A model generated the notes under the pieces. The model did not search any database. It saw only the letters and a list, made by a program, of their open reading frames with translations, and was not told the DNA's origin. The position numbers and the translations under genes were made by a program. Shown in pieces: positions 14,455 to 29,054 of a DNA stretch of 64,000 nucleotides. Source of the stretch: Octopus vulgaris (taxonomy: Eukaryota); the NCBI GenBank assembly GCA_951406725.2, contig OX597832.1:8928001-8992000 (forward strand), in the 5' to 3' direction. Position 1 is the stretch's first letter; every line of letters starts with the position of its first letter.

Positions 14455-14940
14455 CTTTGTGCCTGGGCATTGCTAACCTGTGGAATTATGTAGGACCGCT
14501 GCTGTCGCACGTGGGACGGAATCATCACTTTGCCTAGTCCATAATGAAGGTTGCCCCACCGATTTCCTTTAATCGAGCAGGTAAGGCAGATTTCTTTTGC
14601 TTTGTGGTGGTGGCGAAAGAGATTGTCTCGTGATCAACGCTAAATGGTACGGAAATAGATAATTTCCTCCCTGATAAAGCACAGTTTTCCAAGTTACAGT
14701 TGAAAAAGTAAGTAAGTGAGGGAGGAGAGAAGGTGTTGTCTTCAAATGATCTTATTGAAAGATGGGTGAAAGTTGCGAAAATTCCAAAAGTGGAAGTATA
14801 TACTTGTGAGTCGGAGCAGAGTAATTGGAGAGGACTCCTGCCCTTGGTGTTCAGGTACATCTTGGACGGTGGCATTCCATGATTATACTTTGAGGACCTC
14901 CTGTGTCAAGAGGGCAACATAACTATCATCACCCTCTTTA
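14455..14940 (+). mobile_element. Old, degenerate Tx1-like LINE 3' fragment
   Basis: Translates to CLGIANLWNYVGPLLSHVGR...SIMKVAPPISFNRAGKA...VAKE...VLSSNDLIERWVKVAK, homologous to the ORF at 24792-25166. Confidence 0.75.
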
Positions 14941-16407
14941 TAATTTTTAATTAGTAGCTAAAACATGCAGTCAGATACCACAGGAAGCAACAAATAAGCC
15001 ATGTGTCGAAAAAGAGGACAATAGAACGGATAAACATCTTAATAACGTGTATCTGTAGATGTAGACGTGATTGTAAGTTTCTGAACAACTGTATGAGACG
15101 AATGCTATTTATAAATGTGAAGTTCAAGTAAGTGCACAGAAATATGTGTACATCTCTACAACGGCAGACACGGCGAAAAACTGCCCTAAAAATCACATTG
15201 CATCCTTTACAAATGAAAATAAGAGTATCTGCACATCATTAGTTTCTGACCTCTCAATATTAAAATGGAGAGGAGAGAATTATATATAGTAACGGTCCAT
15301 ACTGAAAAATGCCAAAACCTATGACAGAATATCACGGGTTTGCAACCTATAATGAGAAGAAGCTATAAATTAGTATATGCATGAAAAACATAGTTAATAG
15401 ATATGTGGGAATTGTATTATGATGTAGGCACAAAAAATCGTTAATTAAGCTTGGAAAGAACATTATGAAACAAACACCAAACAAATATGAATCGTATCCT
15501 GAAGGGATTTGTGAATATGGAATAATATTTATTACAAACATTTATGAACGTAACGGATTATAATTATCACGGTCACAGGCGTAACTCATAACCATATTAA
15601 TGTCAGATATATTTCATAAATATATTAATGAAATATATCTAAATAAAAAAAGAAATGATGAAAATGAGGACGAGCTACAACTATAAATAAATAGAATAAA
15701 AACACTTGCGAACAGATAGCACGCTGTGTTAAGGGAGCTTCAATGAAAGCACATCAGGAGACTATAAAATAACTAATGACACGACTCTCAATGTAAAATA
15801 TGTCATATCTGGCGTCTATATAGTGCAATCTGGAATTGATTTTAACGAAACAAAACTTTGTTCTTTATATTTACAGCTCTATCAAATCATCAGGGAATGG
15901 GGAGGTGTTTAACTCACGCAATCAACTACAATGTGTATCTTCCTGATATATTTTCTGGGTTTTTTTTTCTCTTTCTTTCCTCTTTCCTTCTGTCAGCCAG
16001 CGATGATCGCAAAACGACGCACAGTATTATCTCTTTCATTTTTTTTTTTAACTTGTGTCTATATATTTATCTATTGTCTACATATCTATGCCTCTGATAG
16101 GTTAACGTGATTCACACCCACCTCTCAAAAATTTAACAGGACATTCCTATTGGTATATAATGGTAAATATTCTCAAGTTAAACATAGATGCAATCAAAAA
16201 CCATTAATGCACAATGCCTGATCAAATATGCACAAGAAGTAACCGTCTTCTTTAAGATACATACATATTAAAAACAATATTTAATAAAAGTCAGTTTTTA
16301 TGAGTATATTGTCACAATCAAGAATGTGATATGCAGATGCAGAAAGGTATGTAGATAGGCATTCATGAAATATATAAATTTCCATCCGAAAAAAATTTCC
16401 TTATTGC

Positions 16408-16409
16408 TA

Positions 16410-16495
<86 letters not shown>

Positions 16496-16532
16496 ACTAT
16501 CTATCTATCGATAATCTATCTATCTATCGATA

Positions 16533-16616
<84 letters not shown>

Positions 16617-16643
16617 GTCTGTCTGTCTGTCTGTTTGTCTGTA

Positions 16644-16708
<65 letters not shown>

Positions 16709-16740
16709 GTCTATCTATCTATCAATCTATCTATCTATGT
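16408..16740. repeat. (TATC)n/(TGTC)n microsatellite
   Basis: Direct read. Confidence 0.95.
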
Positions 16741-16801
16741 TATTATGCTTATCTATCTTTCATTCTCACTGTCTCTTTTTCTGTATTTCTCTCCGTCTGC
16801 G

Positions 16802-16832
<31 letters not shown>

Positions 16833-18093
16833 ATATATATACATATATATATATGTATAGAGAGAGTGAGCGCGCGAGAGAGAAGAAGAGAAAGATACAA
16901 TATGAAAGAGTTTGAGAGGGTAAGAGAGATACATAGAGAAAGAGTAACAGAGGGACAGAGTGATACGAATCGTAATTGTTTTGCCCAACATGATTGATCT
17001 TACGATGTTATTATTTTCTAGATCATGTTTGTGTACAACTTTATGGAATAGGTACATATTATCTGATATTTCATATTGTGTATCTATTATTAAAACTTCG
17101 AGTGTCATACATATATATGTATGATATCCAGAAAATATTACATGATCGCGTATACAACTATAGAATTAAATATCAAATGCTCCCAAAAGAGCAGTGTCTT
17201 TCGATAACTCAGGAGAATTTGGAGCTGTCTACAGACAATCCCCTTCTGAAAGCAATTTCATATGATACTGTTGTTTACTCTCAGATAATAAATACAATAA
17301 TATAACAGCCACTGTTTGAATTTGAAAATAGGAATATATGGCTACGAAACATAAAATTTGCTTGGCTTCTAAAATTATGTATATATTCTATACAAACCAA
17401 GCACCCTAATAGCTTTGTATAAAAACGTTCTTATTCGATATACATATTACTACACCTCTCTGTATATATTCATGTAATGCATATCCCGTCATGTACTGTC
17501 CTGTTGTGAATCCACTTGTGGATTAAATTGACCACACTATAATTTTCTATCTAAATTATGGATTATTATTAGCTTTTTGCTTAACTGCCAATATACATAG
17601 CATAAAGCATATAGCAGAAAAGGTCTTTTTGGGTAATATATACATTAAAAGTATGTACATCCATATGCAGAAATATTGAGTCAGATTGCATTTGTGAGTG
17701 AAAATCTGTATATATGTAAGCGACAAATTTTTTAAGGTTTGAAAACAACTCGCGCAATAGGGAAAGTTAGATAATCAGATGTACATGACATTAGTATCAT
17801 TTTACACTTTGCGAAAATACCGGAATCTCTTATATTGCAAGATAAAATCTCTTTTTATATCAAATCAACTTTGAATATTTAGTCAGCGTTTACTAGTACC
17901 CATACATCCTAACATTGGGATTGTTACTTGTGATGAAGCGGTTTTATTTATTCCGAAACCAAATTTCACGCTGACAAATAACCTGGACATGAAAGAAGAC
18001 ACACGAAGTCATGAATATTGCTAAATTTCACGATAATGCATCTATATCTGTAGATCCGAGCGATTCGACAGAATACAATACATACAATTCATG

Positions 18094-18228
18094 AATACAA
18101 ATATGAATATCACTGTGAATATAAATGGTTTTTACAATATATTATGTGTAATATATTATAAAATACAAATATGAATATCACTGTGAATATAAATAGTTTT
18201 TATAATATATTATGTGTAATATATTATA
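18094..18228. repeat. ~67-bp tandem duplication
   Basis: aatacaaatatgaatatcactgtgaatataaat...tatgtgtaatatattata occurs twice. Confidence 0.85.
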
Positions 18229-18310
18229 GATGCGCATGAGATCCCATCTTATGCGCATCTCATCTGAGAAAGGTCAGAAGTAATGTAATTTCTTTGGAGA
18301 ACTGTAGTAT

Positions 18311-18822
18311 ATATTTCGTTTTTGGATTTGGTTTGCAAGATTCTTTATGTAAGTTCGTGTGTTGAAGCATATACTGTTGTGTCATTCTTGTTTTGTGCCT
18401 TACAATTTAACACACTCACCAGTAAAATTTCCACTTATTTATTTTTATTTTTCTAAAAGTTTCGTTGCGTCTTGGATCCTTTTCCAAAGACGTTGACTTT
18501 GTCCGTTACTCACATTGTGTTCCTTTTTGTTTGTCTGTGCGCATGTGTGGGTATCAGTGTGTGTGTGTGTGTGTATGTAAGCATCTATAGACATAGATTT
18601 TGCTATGGAGAAATGCATTTAGGTAGTCTGTGAGAGTGAAGTGTAGTTTTGTAATGTAAACGCGAGGGAAGTAGTCCTCCTCCTCAGACTAAGCTGCAGC
18701 AGTAAATATTTAAATGACCATGACCTCAGTAGATTCTCCCCCGCCAGGTCACAGAGTGGAAGACCACACACCATCACTTCAGCAGTGAAAAGAAGCATCA
18801 CAATACGCTGGAGTAGCTGGAA
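18311..18822 (+). mobile_element. PLE fragment: inverted pseudo-LTR fused to an RT fragment
   Basis: Reverse-complement match to about 53995-54503, including the same pLTR-(TG)n-RT junction and the peptide GRPHTITSAVKRSITIRWSSW. Confidence 0.8.
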
Positions 18823-19184
18823 AATTTTCGTTGCGTCTTTTGTAGTATATATAGCATATATAATTATACTATCTACACAGAAGGAACTATGTAATTACGA
18901 GCGTGGGGGTCGCCAAAAAGAAACTGAAATTTTGCAATATTTTATTCAATTAGTTTTAAATGTTTACCCACTTATCGCCTTCAAAAGATTCTCCATTTGA
19001 AGCAATGCTTCGGTCTAAATGCGTTTTCTACCGTTCGAAGCAATGTTTAGCCTTTCAACGCCTCTGTCGCTTCTTTCTTCACCTCTTCTACATCTGCAAA
19101 TTTGTGACACCAGCTTTCGTCATCAGCGGTAATCTTCGGAAAAAAAATCCGGGTTAACTTTGAAATGTTCTCTCAGTTCAACAC

Positions 19185-19445
19185 ACGCATTCGGTCGGTC
19201 GTGGTTCCGGGTTTAGAACAGCGGCCTAACGCTTTGAACAAATGCCTTGTACTATAACCTCGGGGAGAACAAAACCTTGTAAGTGGATTTGGATCTCTTT
19301 GTGTCAAAAGAGACCGATAGAATACGTAACAGTTTGATAAGACAATGAGAAATGTGGTCGATTCATTCGACTAAACATTCTTCCCCGATCTGCCGTAGTA
19401 AGCAGTCTAATGACTGAAGCAAATATATGATAAAAGATAAAACGT
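19185..19445 (+). mobile_element. Degenerate SINE family A copy
   Basis: Retains tggttccgggtt, ccttgtaagtggatttgg, caaaagagaccgatagaata and aatgactgaa...taaaagataaaa. Confidence 0.65.
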
Positions 19446-19561
19446 AAAATATATATATTATATGATCAGGTCTGTCACTACTAGATTTTTTTTTATCATA
19501 CACAAAAGCTGCAGGTTTGTTGATGCGCAGTTATAATTTGTTAAGTGCGTTTACAACTTGA

Positions 19562-19640
<79 letters not shown>

Positions 19641-20269
19641 GATGGGATAGCAGTAGGATTTGATCTTTAAAAGTAAATTCTCCTATGATATTTTCCTGAC
19701 CAGTTTAGTATGTCATCGGCTATCCAATAATCATATACTGCAGTATTATATGCTGATTGCAACTTAAATGAAACCCATGCCTCTGACTGAAAAGAAAATT
19801 CTAGTGAAATACATGTAGGAGTTCTTACTTGTCAAAATTATTATTGTAACTCAGTATTGGCGCATGACATAAATGATGCTTGTAATCCGCATAGCACTGA
19901 TGTTTATGGTGCGATTTACTGCCAACCTAAGTAATTCAGTGGCGCAGTTAATTAATCTGATCAATATCAGAATGTGCGCCTTCGGATCCGAAATCCAGTA
20001 AGATGATACAGATGCTGTCAATCATGGAGGCAATGTGATTAAGAACACACAGAGTGGAAAGAATAGATATTGTATTTATATAATTGATCATTTAAATATT
20101 CTTCTATAAGCCTGCTTATTATGTAAACTGAATTACAATTGGGTTGCTCTGGATTGGTAATCGCATATCCACTGTAGCGTATTGCTTCGTACTGAAGGTC
20201 CATGAAGCTTACTTAGGATTAAATGGTGTTTTAACTTAGCGTAGGGAGATTCATACATAGCTCAATGAA

Positions 20270-20278
20270 GTAATAATG

Positions 20279-20315
<37 letters not shown>

Positions 20316-20364
20316 TAATAATGATAATAATAATAATAATAATGATAATAATAATAATAATATC

Positions 20365-20410
<46 letters not shown>

Positions 20411-20420
20411 TATAATAATA
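20270..20420. repeat. (AAT)n microsatellite
   Basis: Direct read. Confidence 0.95.
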
Positions 20421-20780
20421 AGAATAAGAATATATATGTATATAATAATATATATATATTCAATGCAAGATAATAAGGTCCTCTTATAGGGTTGTAAAAC
20501 ATTTAATTATCGCTGGTTACCTGTTGAATATTCAATATATTATATTTAGTAGTAACATTTCTCCAATAAAAATGGGTATATACTCCAATATATAATATTA
20601 ACAGACACACACACACATATATATATATATATACAATATGTTTGTATGTGCGAGTGTGTTCGCGTGCATGCGTGTGTCTGAATGTGTGTGTATGTATGTA
20701 AATACGCTTATATGTATGTGAGTGTACGGATATAATTGCATGCATGCACTCCACTTTCGTACTGTTGTGAGTATGAATAT

Positions 20781-20856
<76 letters not shown>

Positions 20857-21269
20857 CGTGCATGTGTGTGTATATGCTCAAACGTGCTCGTCATCTATAA
20901 ATGTATTACCAGTTAGGCTTTTCCAAATATTAAGCATGGGGTACACGTACACGAATCGAAACTGTAATGCACAAGCACACTCGTATTATCATTTATGAAT
21001 GGAATCTAAATATAGTTATAACATGTACCCAGTCAACTATGTCTTATGAGGCATGAATTGCAACTTTTAAAGAAGCGTAGAGTTACACATTTTATATCAT
21101 GAAACGATATGCAAGTACTATATAAGTGCCATAAATTTCTACTGTTATTTGCATCAGAGTTAACCCTCTTAACACTCCAGCTGTGATCTGCGCGCATAGA
21201 AAGATTACGTCTTTACTCGCTGAAACATTTCGTTGTGTTGATGATAGCATTCAAATATATTTTTCTTAT

Positions 21270-21686
21270 TTCTTATTTCTTATTTCTTTATTGCCCACAA
21301 GGGGCCTTAACATAGTGGGGACAAACAAGGACAGTAAGTCAATTAAATCGACCCCAATGCGTAACTGGTACTTAATTTATCGTCTCCGAAATGATAAAAG
21401 GCAAAGTCGACCTCGGTGGAATTTGAACTCAGAACGTGGCGGTAGACAAATACCTATTTCTTTACTATCCTCAAGGGGCTAAACACAGAGAGAACAAACA
21501 AGGACAGACAAACGGATTAAGTCGATTATATCGACTCCAGTGTTTCACTGGTACTTAATTTATCGACCCCGAAAGGATGAAAGGCAAAGTCGACCTCGGC
21601 GGAATTTGAACTCAGAACGTAACGGCAGACGAAATACCACTAAGCATTTTGTCTGGCGTGCTAAAGTTTCTGCCAGCTCGCCGCCT
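21270..21686 (-). mobile_element. Tandem pair of SINE family B (Meta-domain-like core)
   Basis: Two successive units, each with ggtcgactttgcctt...tc(a/g)...gataaattaagtaccagt and a caataaagaaata-like tail. The pair is flanked by tatattt(t)tctt direct repeats. Confidence 0.85.
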
Positions 21687-21829
21687 ATATATTTTCTTGG
21701 CATCTCCATGAATTGAATACATGGGTAAAAATAACGTACTAAACAACTTTTATACCTGTCGCACTTACGAAGAGTTAAATTAGTAGCTACTCGACTCACA
21801 AGTCTCAGACTACCTTGAAATGAATGTCT

Positions 21830-22711
21830 ACTAACATAATCTGATGACCTGGAAAACTGTTAACTTTATCACAACTTGTAGTTTAACAGAAATTATGAGA
21901 AAATTGATTCCAATCTAGCTATTCACAGGCATATGATATACTATTTATAAGAATAATAATGCTAAGCGAAGGAAAACAGCATGGTGCATACTAACGTTTA
22001 GACTTTCCAGACTCGCTTTCCTCGCGGCCTTCTGATAAATTTACGCCTATTAGAAAGCAAAACAACCCACCTTACTCCTCACACTACGTAAACAGCGAAG
22101 TTTGGGGGTAAGTGTTATGATGCTTTGCGAATACATAAATGACGGGGGAGACAGTTGATTAAAATTGACGGTGACGTAATTAGTGCCAAATACATACAGT
22201 TGCTGAAGGAAAATTTTATACGAGACTTCGATGAAGGTGAGATTTTAAAGCATGATGGATCTCCATGTCACAAATTGCGTGCAACACGATAGGGTCTGGC
22301 TGATGGACGTATTACCGCATTAAAAGATTGGCCAGCTCAGAGCGCTGACTTAAATACAATCGAACAAATGTAGACAGAACTAAAGGGACGTATTCGTCAG
22401 GAACATCTACGCAATCTTGAAGGGTTGTGAGAGCTCAACCGCAGAAAACGGCATCTCGTATCTCTGAAAATGTTGAATCTATATGAAATATTAACAGTGT
22501 ACAGTAACTTCTTTAAATTAACATTATATATTATATTTTCATTATATTCATTTACCTGTTTTAAAACACTGCATCTTGATTGGTTTATGTGAGGTGGCCA
22601 GAAACTTTTGCATGGCTATTTTCGGTCGTCGTCTCGCATCTGCCCCTTTCCTTCAAAATTAGTAAAAAATTACAATATTTTAAAGTGGCCGAAGACTTTT
22701 GCACGGTACTA
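21830..22711 (+). mobile_element. Degenerate Tc1-family DNA transposon (catalytic domain and right end)
   Basis: Translates to AKFGG...KIDGDVISAKYIQLLKENF...KHDGSPCHK...DWPAQSADLNTIEQM, which are Tc1 DD34E motifs. It ends in a TIR-like acttttgcacggtacta followed by TA. Confidence 0.8.
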
Positions 22712-22719
22712 TATACACA

Positions 22720-22779
<60 letters not shown>

Positions 22780-23678
22780 CGTGTGTGCGTGTATGCATAT
22801 GCTCACTCACACACAAATATGTGTACACACGTAGATATATACATACACACAAACCCATACATACACATATATGTGTAAATATAACTAAATACTGATATGT
22901 CGCAGGTGTATGTTAGAGTGTTTATGAGTAGTTGAACTAGAGTATGCTTTTTTATCCACATGTTTCCACATGAACATGGGTGTATATACAGGCTTGCATG
23001 TGTGTGAGCATGTATCCGTGTATGTGTGTTTATGTAGGTGTACGTGGACGAGTGTATGCGTGTATGCGTGCGTGAGTGTGTTTGTGAACACACATTGCAA
23101 GTGTCTTAAACTATCTGCGTAATTTGTAATTTCTGAATGTTCAGTAACATTAATAATGATAATCATTTCAAATCTGGCGAGATATAATCTCTGAATATAA
23201 GGAAAAGTAATTTCAATGAACCCGTGGTCCCTTACAATGGAACGTATAACGTAATGTGTAGATGAGGAAAAAAGGAATTATAAAACAAAAAAAATTATCG
23301 TTTTATATGTATTCCCTCGGAGTCATCAGAAGGAAGAGACTTTAGAAGGAAGGCTTGTGTGCATTTTGCTTAACTTTATATGTTATAAAATTTGCAGAAA
23401 ACAAATTATAATTTAAAACATAAAATGACATAGAATAAAATTGAAGAAACACAAAAACCCAAATAATAATAATAATTCAGGAAAAAAAGAATCCATATTC
23501 ATCAACTATATCCAGCCTAGCATACGTTGATCAAATAACTGGTGAATTCGAAAATAAGTAACTCAAGTAGAAGTATTAAATCAACAGAGCTTGAAATTCC
23601 ATTAAAACGACGAAAATGACGAAAAAATTCAACAACGTATAAATAAAAATTCACAGAAATATGAAATTTACAAACTCA

Positions 23679-23726
<48 letters not shown>

Positions 23727-24141
23727 GTATGTACATATGGCAAGTAGGCAAAAATAAGCAAAAATCAATAAATCTTTTAATCTGTTCATCGATGGAGAGG
23801 TTGTTTTTTAAATATTTTTTTTATCTGCTTCAATTCAACGTAAATAATATATGAAGATCTTTAAACAACGAAACGAAAAGAAATTGAAAACAAACAGGCT
23901 GTTACAGATAAAATCTGATACAATGACAAATAGAAAGAAGTGCTCTCAAACCTGTGTATACAAAGTTTATAGATAATCATGTACATCAGAGTCAGCGTAG
24001 TAACGCATATGCAGACAGTCATTCTTGGCTCTGTAAGAATATTTCAGCGAATATTAACATATGCAAGCACACAAACGCATATACATCACGCAGTCACACT
24101 TTTGTAAGTACATGCAAAACACACACAAACACAAACACACA

Positions 24142-24188
<47 letters not shown>

Positions 24189-24193
24189 ACACT

Positions 24194-24248
<55 letters not shown>

Positions 24249-24593
24249 GTATATATTTATAAACACACGCATACACATATATGTATACACACACATATAT
24301 ACATGCAGGTATAAGTGGAAAACTTACAGTGAAATTAACGGCGCATGTGTCGTATTAAATATTTCGAAGTGTTCTTATTCAGGGTAAATATTTCAAGAGG
24401 AAATAAATGAAGGAAAGTTAAGACGCAATCCTCTACGTTTGAGAAACAGGCTGTCATTTTTCTTACAAATTAGAATCTATTGGAAACCTTGGATACACAG
24501 TTACCCACGCATATTTCACTGTGACCTCTCTCAGTCACATTTTCCAAACAAGAAACCAGTTATGTAATTGGCTTCTGTTATCTATCTAACTAA

Positions 24594-24670
<77 letters not shown>

Positions 24671-25560
24671 CTGGCGGTGCTACCGAGAAGCGCTACCCGT
24701 TCGGGATAAGCTCTATAGGCATGGCTCGAGAAACACGGGGCCGACCTGCCCGAGATGCGGGCAGAGCGACGAAACCGCTCTGCACGCAATCGTGCAGTGT
24801 CCAGCAATTTCCCACCTGTGGGCTTATGTCGAACGACTGCTGTCACGTGTGGGACGTGTCGGTTTATCCGCCGAGTCTATCGTTAATATCGTCACGCCTC
24901 CTTCCTTCAAACGGGAAGGAAGAGCTATTTTTATCATACTTGTGGCTATGGCGAAAGAATGTATCTGGTGGACGCGTCTGAAAGGATTAGAGACAAACAC
25001 TTTCCTCTCTGGTCAATCTCTCATCAACTTCTTCAAGTATCACTTGAAGAAAAAAGTGAGAGTAGAGAGGCAAGTTTTGTCTAGTGAATGTTTTAAAAAA
25101 AGATGGGTGAATGTAGCAAGGATGGCACGTATGAATGACGAAGCCACCTTGACTATGATTCTATGAACCGTAAAAATTAATACAGAGAGTTGCTTATTTG
25201 CAAAAAAAAAAGAAATATAACATGTGACTTCATTGACCGAGGTTACCGTGGTCTTTTCCGTAGGCTTTTCTTTCCACGGGTAAACCTCACCTGTCCTCCC
25301 CTTTACACTTCATATTGACATTTCTGTGATAACGATCCCTATTGATCAATTTTTTTTCCTCTCCCCCTTTTTTTAACCCCCCCTTTTTTTGTCCTCTTTT
25401 TCTCCTTTTACGATCCCTTTTGATCGACCCCTCCTTTTTATTTTATTTTATTTTTTTTTTTATTATTTTATTTTATTTTTTTTTTAAACCTTCAAAAGAA
25501 AAGCTCTACCTTGTAATTTGTTCTATCTGTGTGCAGCCCTGTGTGGCTAATAAAGAAACA
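24671..25560 (+). mobile_element. 5'-truncated Tx1-like (L1 clade) LINE within (TATC)n
   Basis: Uninterrupted frame 24672-25166: WRCYREALPVRDKL...CPRCGQSDETALHAIVQCPAISHLW... (CCHC zinc knuckle of the ORF2 C-terminus). A pyrimidine-rich 3' UTR and AATAAA follow, then (TATC)n. (TATC)n also lies on the 5' side. Confidence 0.88.
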
Positions 25561-25659
<99 letters not shown>

Positions 25660-25690
25660 TTATCTATCTGTCTGCCTGTCTATCTGTCTG

Positions 25691-25740
<50 letters not shown>

Positions 25741-26185
25741 AATCCATCCATCCATCCATCCATCCATCCACCCATCCATCCATCCATCCATCTATCTATC
25801 TATCTATTTATGTATCTATCTATCTATCTATTTATCTATATATCTTGTCCGCCTGTCTGTCTATTTATATTACTTATATATTTGAAATGTTTGGTGGTTA
25901 CATACGTGAAAACTATGTTAAAAATGATTTTAAGATAAAATACGTTCGAGAACTTTATGATGGTCAACAGAATTAATATATGTAGCGGTTTCGAGATGTT
26001 AAGATGACTCTTTTCTGCTGGTAAAATGGGAGAAAAACTGAGATATATTAAATTGAAGCCTCCTTAATTTCAGTTCTGTCTGGTCTTATATTTTTTCCAT
26101 CGTTACTTTTCTGCTGAGATGTAAATTAAAAATAGTTGCAGTAGTAGAAGTAGTAGCACTAGCACCAGCAGTATTAGTAGTGGTA

Positions 26186-26279
<94 letters not shown>
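26186..26279. repeat. (AGT)n microsatellite
   Basis: Direct read. Confidence 0.95.
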
Positions 26280-26280
<1 letters not shown>

Positions 26281-26499
26281 TTGTTAGTGGTGGTTGTTTT
26301 CCTTGGACGATGTGAATCGTAGCAGGTGGACGACCGAAAATATTAGCAGTAGTAACACCGCATGGCTTATAGTAGTTTTTAATCTAACTGGTATTAGTGG
26401 TGTTACCTTATAGCATTTGTCCCTCCATAAGTTAGCAGATGTCGTAATCCTGATCCCAGTAGGTTTTGCAGTAATTTCGTTGTCGGTTTTTGTTTCCCT

Positions 26500-26900
26500 T
26501 CCTTCGTAAAGCGTTTCGCTTGTCCAGAGAAATGTTCCCACGCATCCTAAGCATGTTATTATATGGATCAGGTTTTCAGATGCACAGGGGAAATTATTTC
26601 TTATTATAAAGAGTTGTCCTTGTTTGAAACGAATCTCTGATCCCATTGCCAGATAAAATCAAATATCATATTGACTCTTTTGCATGTAATATTGTTGAGT
26701 TTCTTGATAGGTGGAGTTTGGCATGTTTAAGAAATTCAAAATGGATTGTGTTGTTTTTTTACTATTTATGATGGTGTGTGCCTTGGCGGTTTGACTCATG
26801 ACTATATCCTACATGACTATAGAATAGAACAATAAAATTCTGGCTAGAAAAAATGCCCTCAAGAACATCTGAAACTCACAAAGTAGGTTTTCATTATTGA
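26500..26900 (-). mobile_element. PLE fragment (linker and start of GIY-YIG), inverted relative to the neighbouring PLE
   Basis: The peptide GSEIRFKQGQLFIIRNNFPCASENLIHIITCLGC matches NFTCASASLIHVRICS in the plus-strand PLE near 27855. Confidence 0.7.
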
Positions 26901-29054
26901 AACATTAAAATTTATATTTCAGAAAAAATATTTCCTATTTGATGACACCTACTAAAGTAGAAAATGCGGTATTGCGATGGGAACGAAAGCAGCCCCTGTT
27001 CATTCGAACCTAATGAATGGGATATTTTGAATTCACAACATATATAGATATATATATAGTCTGACCGCAAAAATATGGAAATCCATTTTACCTTAATATA
27101 TGAGAAAACAGGAAAAGATATCTGGATCACTGCTTTATCCTTTGGGAGGAAATCATTAATAAACGTTGGGAATTTGAATCAATACTAAATAATACAAATC
27201 CAAACATTCAACTTACAATGGAATATTGCAAAGAACAGCTCCTTTCAAAGATATTATGATTTAAAAAGTCAACAGCCAAATTATAACTGAGATTTGTTAT
27301 AAACCAATGGATTGAAGCACTACCTTATATTTAGCTCGAGCCACCCGAAACACACCAAAAGAAATATCTCCTTTAATATAGGAAAAAAGGATTTGCACAG
27401 TAGTGTCTGAGGGAAATACTCGGGACCTCCGCTTCAAGACCTCAAAACAGTACTAACTGAGAGACAGTATCCACCCGCACATATAGATGATGGAATTAAG
27501 CGTGCCAAGAATTCAGGCGTTAAATGAAACTAAACGTAAAGGAAGCAACAGTTAAGGTATACGAAATTTAACACCACAGCTCATCTTAAAACACAATCGT
27601 ATACATCAACTCACAAACCTAAAACAATGAGGCATACATCACTATTGTACAAAATCTCATTATGCTCACTAGGGATTCGAAAAATAAAATTATTTTGAAA
27701 AAAAATACACAAATCGCTGAAAAGATTTCTGACAAATTCAAACCTTACACAACAACCACGAAACTAATGGTTAAAAATGGTGGACGTCCAAACTGTGGAA
27801 CATCAACCAGCCTACTAAAAAGTTGTGAAGTTGTGAAGAGAGGTTCACAAAACTAATTTCACTTGTGCTTCCGCGAGTTTGATTCATGTTAGAATTTGTT
27901 CATGTAGACATAACTACACATGACAGAAAAAATATGGCGCATACACGGAGAACAACACTGCACAAGGAAGAGATCCGGTTCCCATAGTACACACAGATTC
28001 CTTTGAGGAAGCACATAGAGAGAGGTGCAGGTAATATGCAACCAAATTTCCCAGTTGTCGTCAGCTACCATCTGCAAAGTAAGAATTTCTCTACAAGAAA
28101 GTGTAAAATAAGGAAAATTCATTTATCGAAATATACAAAGCACGCTTAAATATGAACGCGTATGTAACTTTGATCTCAGTATATATTTTAATTCAGGTTC
28201 ACATATCCATCGGTGTAAGCATTGTATTTCGCTTCTTTGATTTTTGAGTTTTGTATATTTATTCATCCTCTCCCACCAAAGTGCTCAATTGCCTGCCTTG
28301 TCCCAAATAATAACGATCAATATTTTCCACGCCTCCTTACAATTTTGTATTTGTTGATTCATTCGCAAACTCTATACGAAACATGGACTATAATCTTAAG
28401 AAAATACGAAATCATAATAATTTCTATGCCATGATTAACGAAAGCGACTTCGGTCGACAAACACAATGGTCTTTCACTTATAAAATATATCTAAAGATAT
28501 ATGAAAACTATGTAAGCCCTGTGCACTTTCCTTCGTTTATGTATACATATTTTCTTTTTACATTACAACTCATCACATGAGTATAATCAAAATTCCCCTC
28601 TTCCCTTTTTCTTACAATATGAATGCATATGTGTATATATTTGTGTGGCTGTGTGTGCGAGAGTCTGTACGTGGAATAAAAATTTGATCTAATTAGATTT
28701 TTATTTAATTAATAAATTAATATATAACTTATTTAATTAATAAATATAGATTAAATGATAGTATTTTAGCTTAACTTAAGTATATGATTAATTTTAAGTA
28801 ATTTTACTTTAATTAGACTCTTATATTTTTCCAGTAAAGGTATACAATAGTTTGTTAATATTCTCAAAGCTAAAATATATCTTCACAGATAAAATACTTT
28901 TTTCTAACTATTTACTCTCTTTTTTACCTTAGATGTTTAACGTGATAAATGTATTATAGACACCTGGTCCTATTTTTTAAGTTTCAAATTTAGTTTCAAG
29001 ATTTATGTTTAATTCTATTCGATTATTTATTTAATCATTATTGTTATTTTTGTT

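Noticed and set aside
15858-15910. Splice-acceptor-like tttatatttacag followed by a short purine-rich segment
   Set aside because: The donor is weak and no partner exons were found; RNA-seq would be needed.
21841-21860. CTGATGA...GAAA
   Set aside because: No stem I or III pairing; it probably corresponds to the decayed Tc1 SDE motif.
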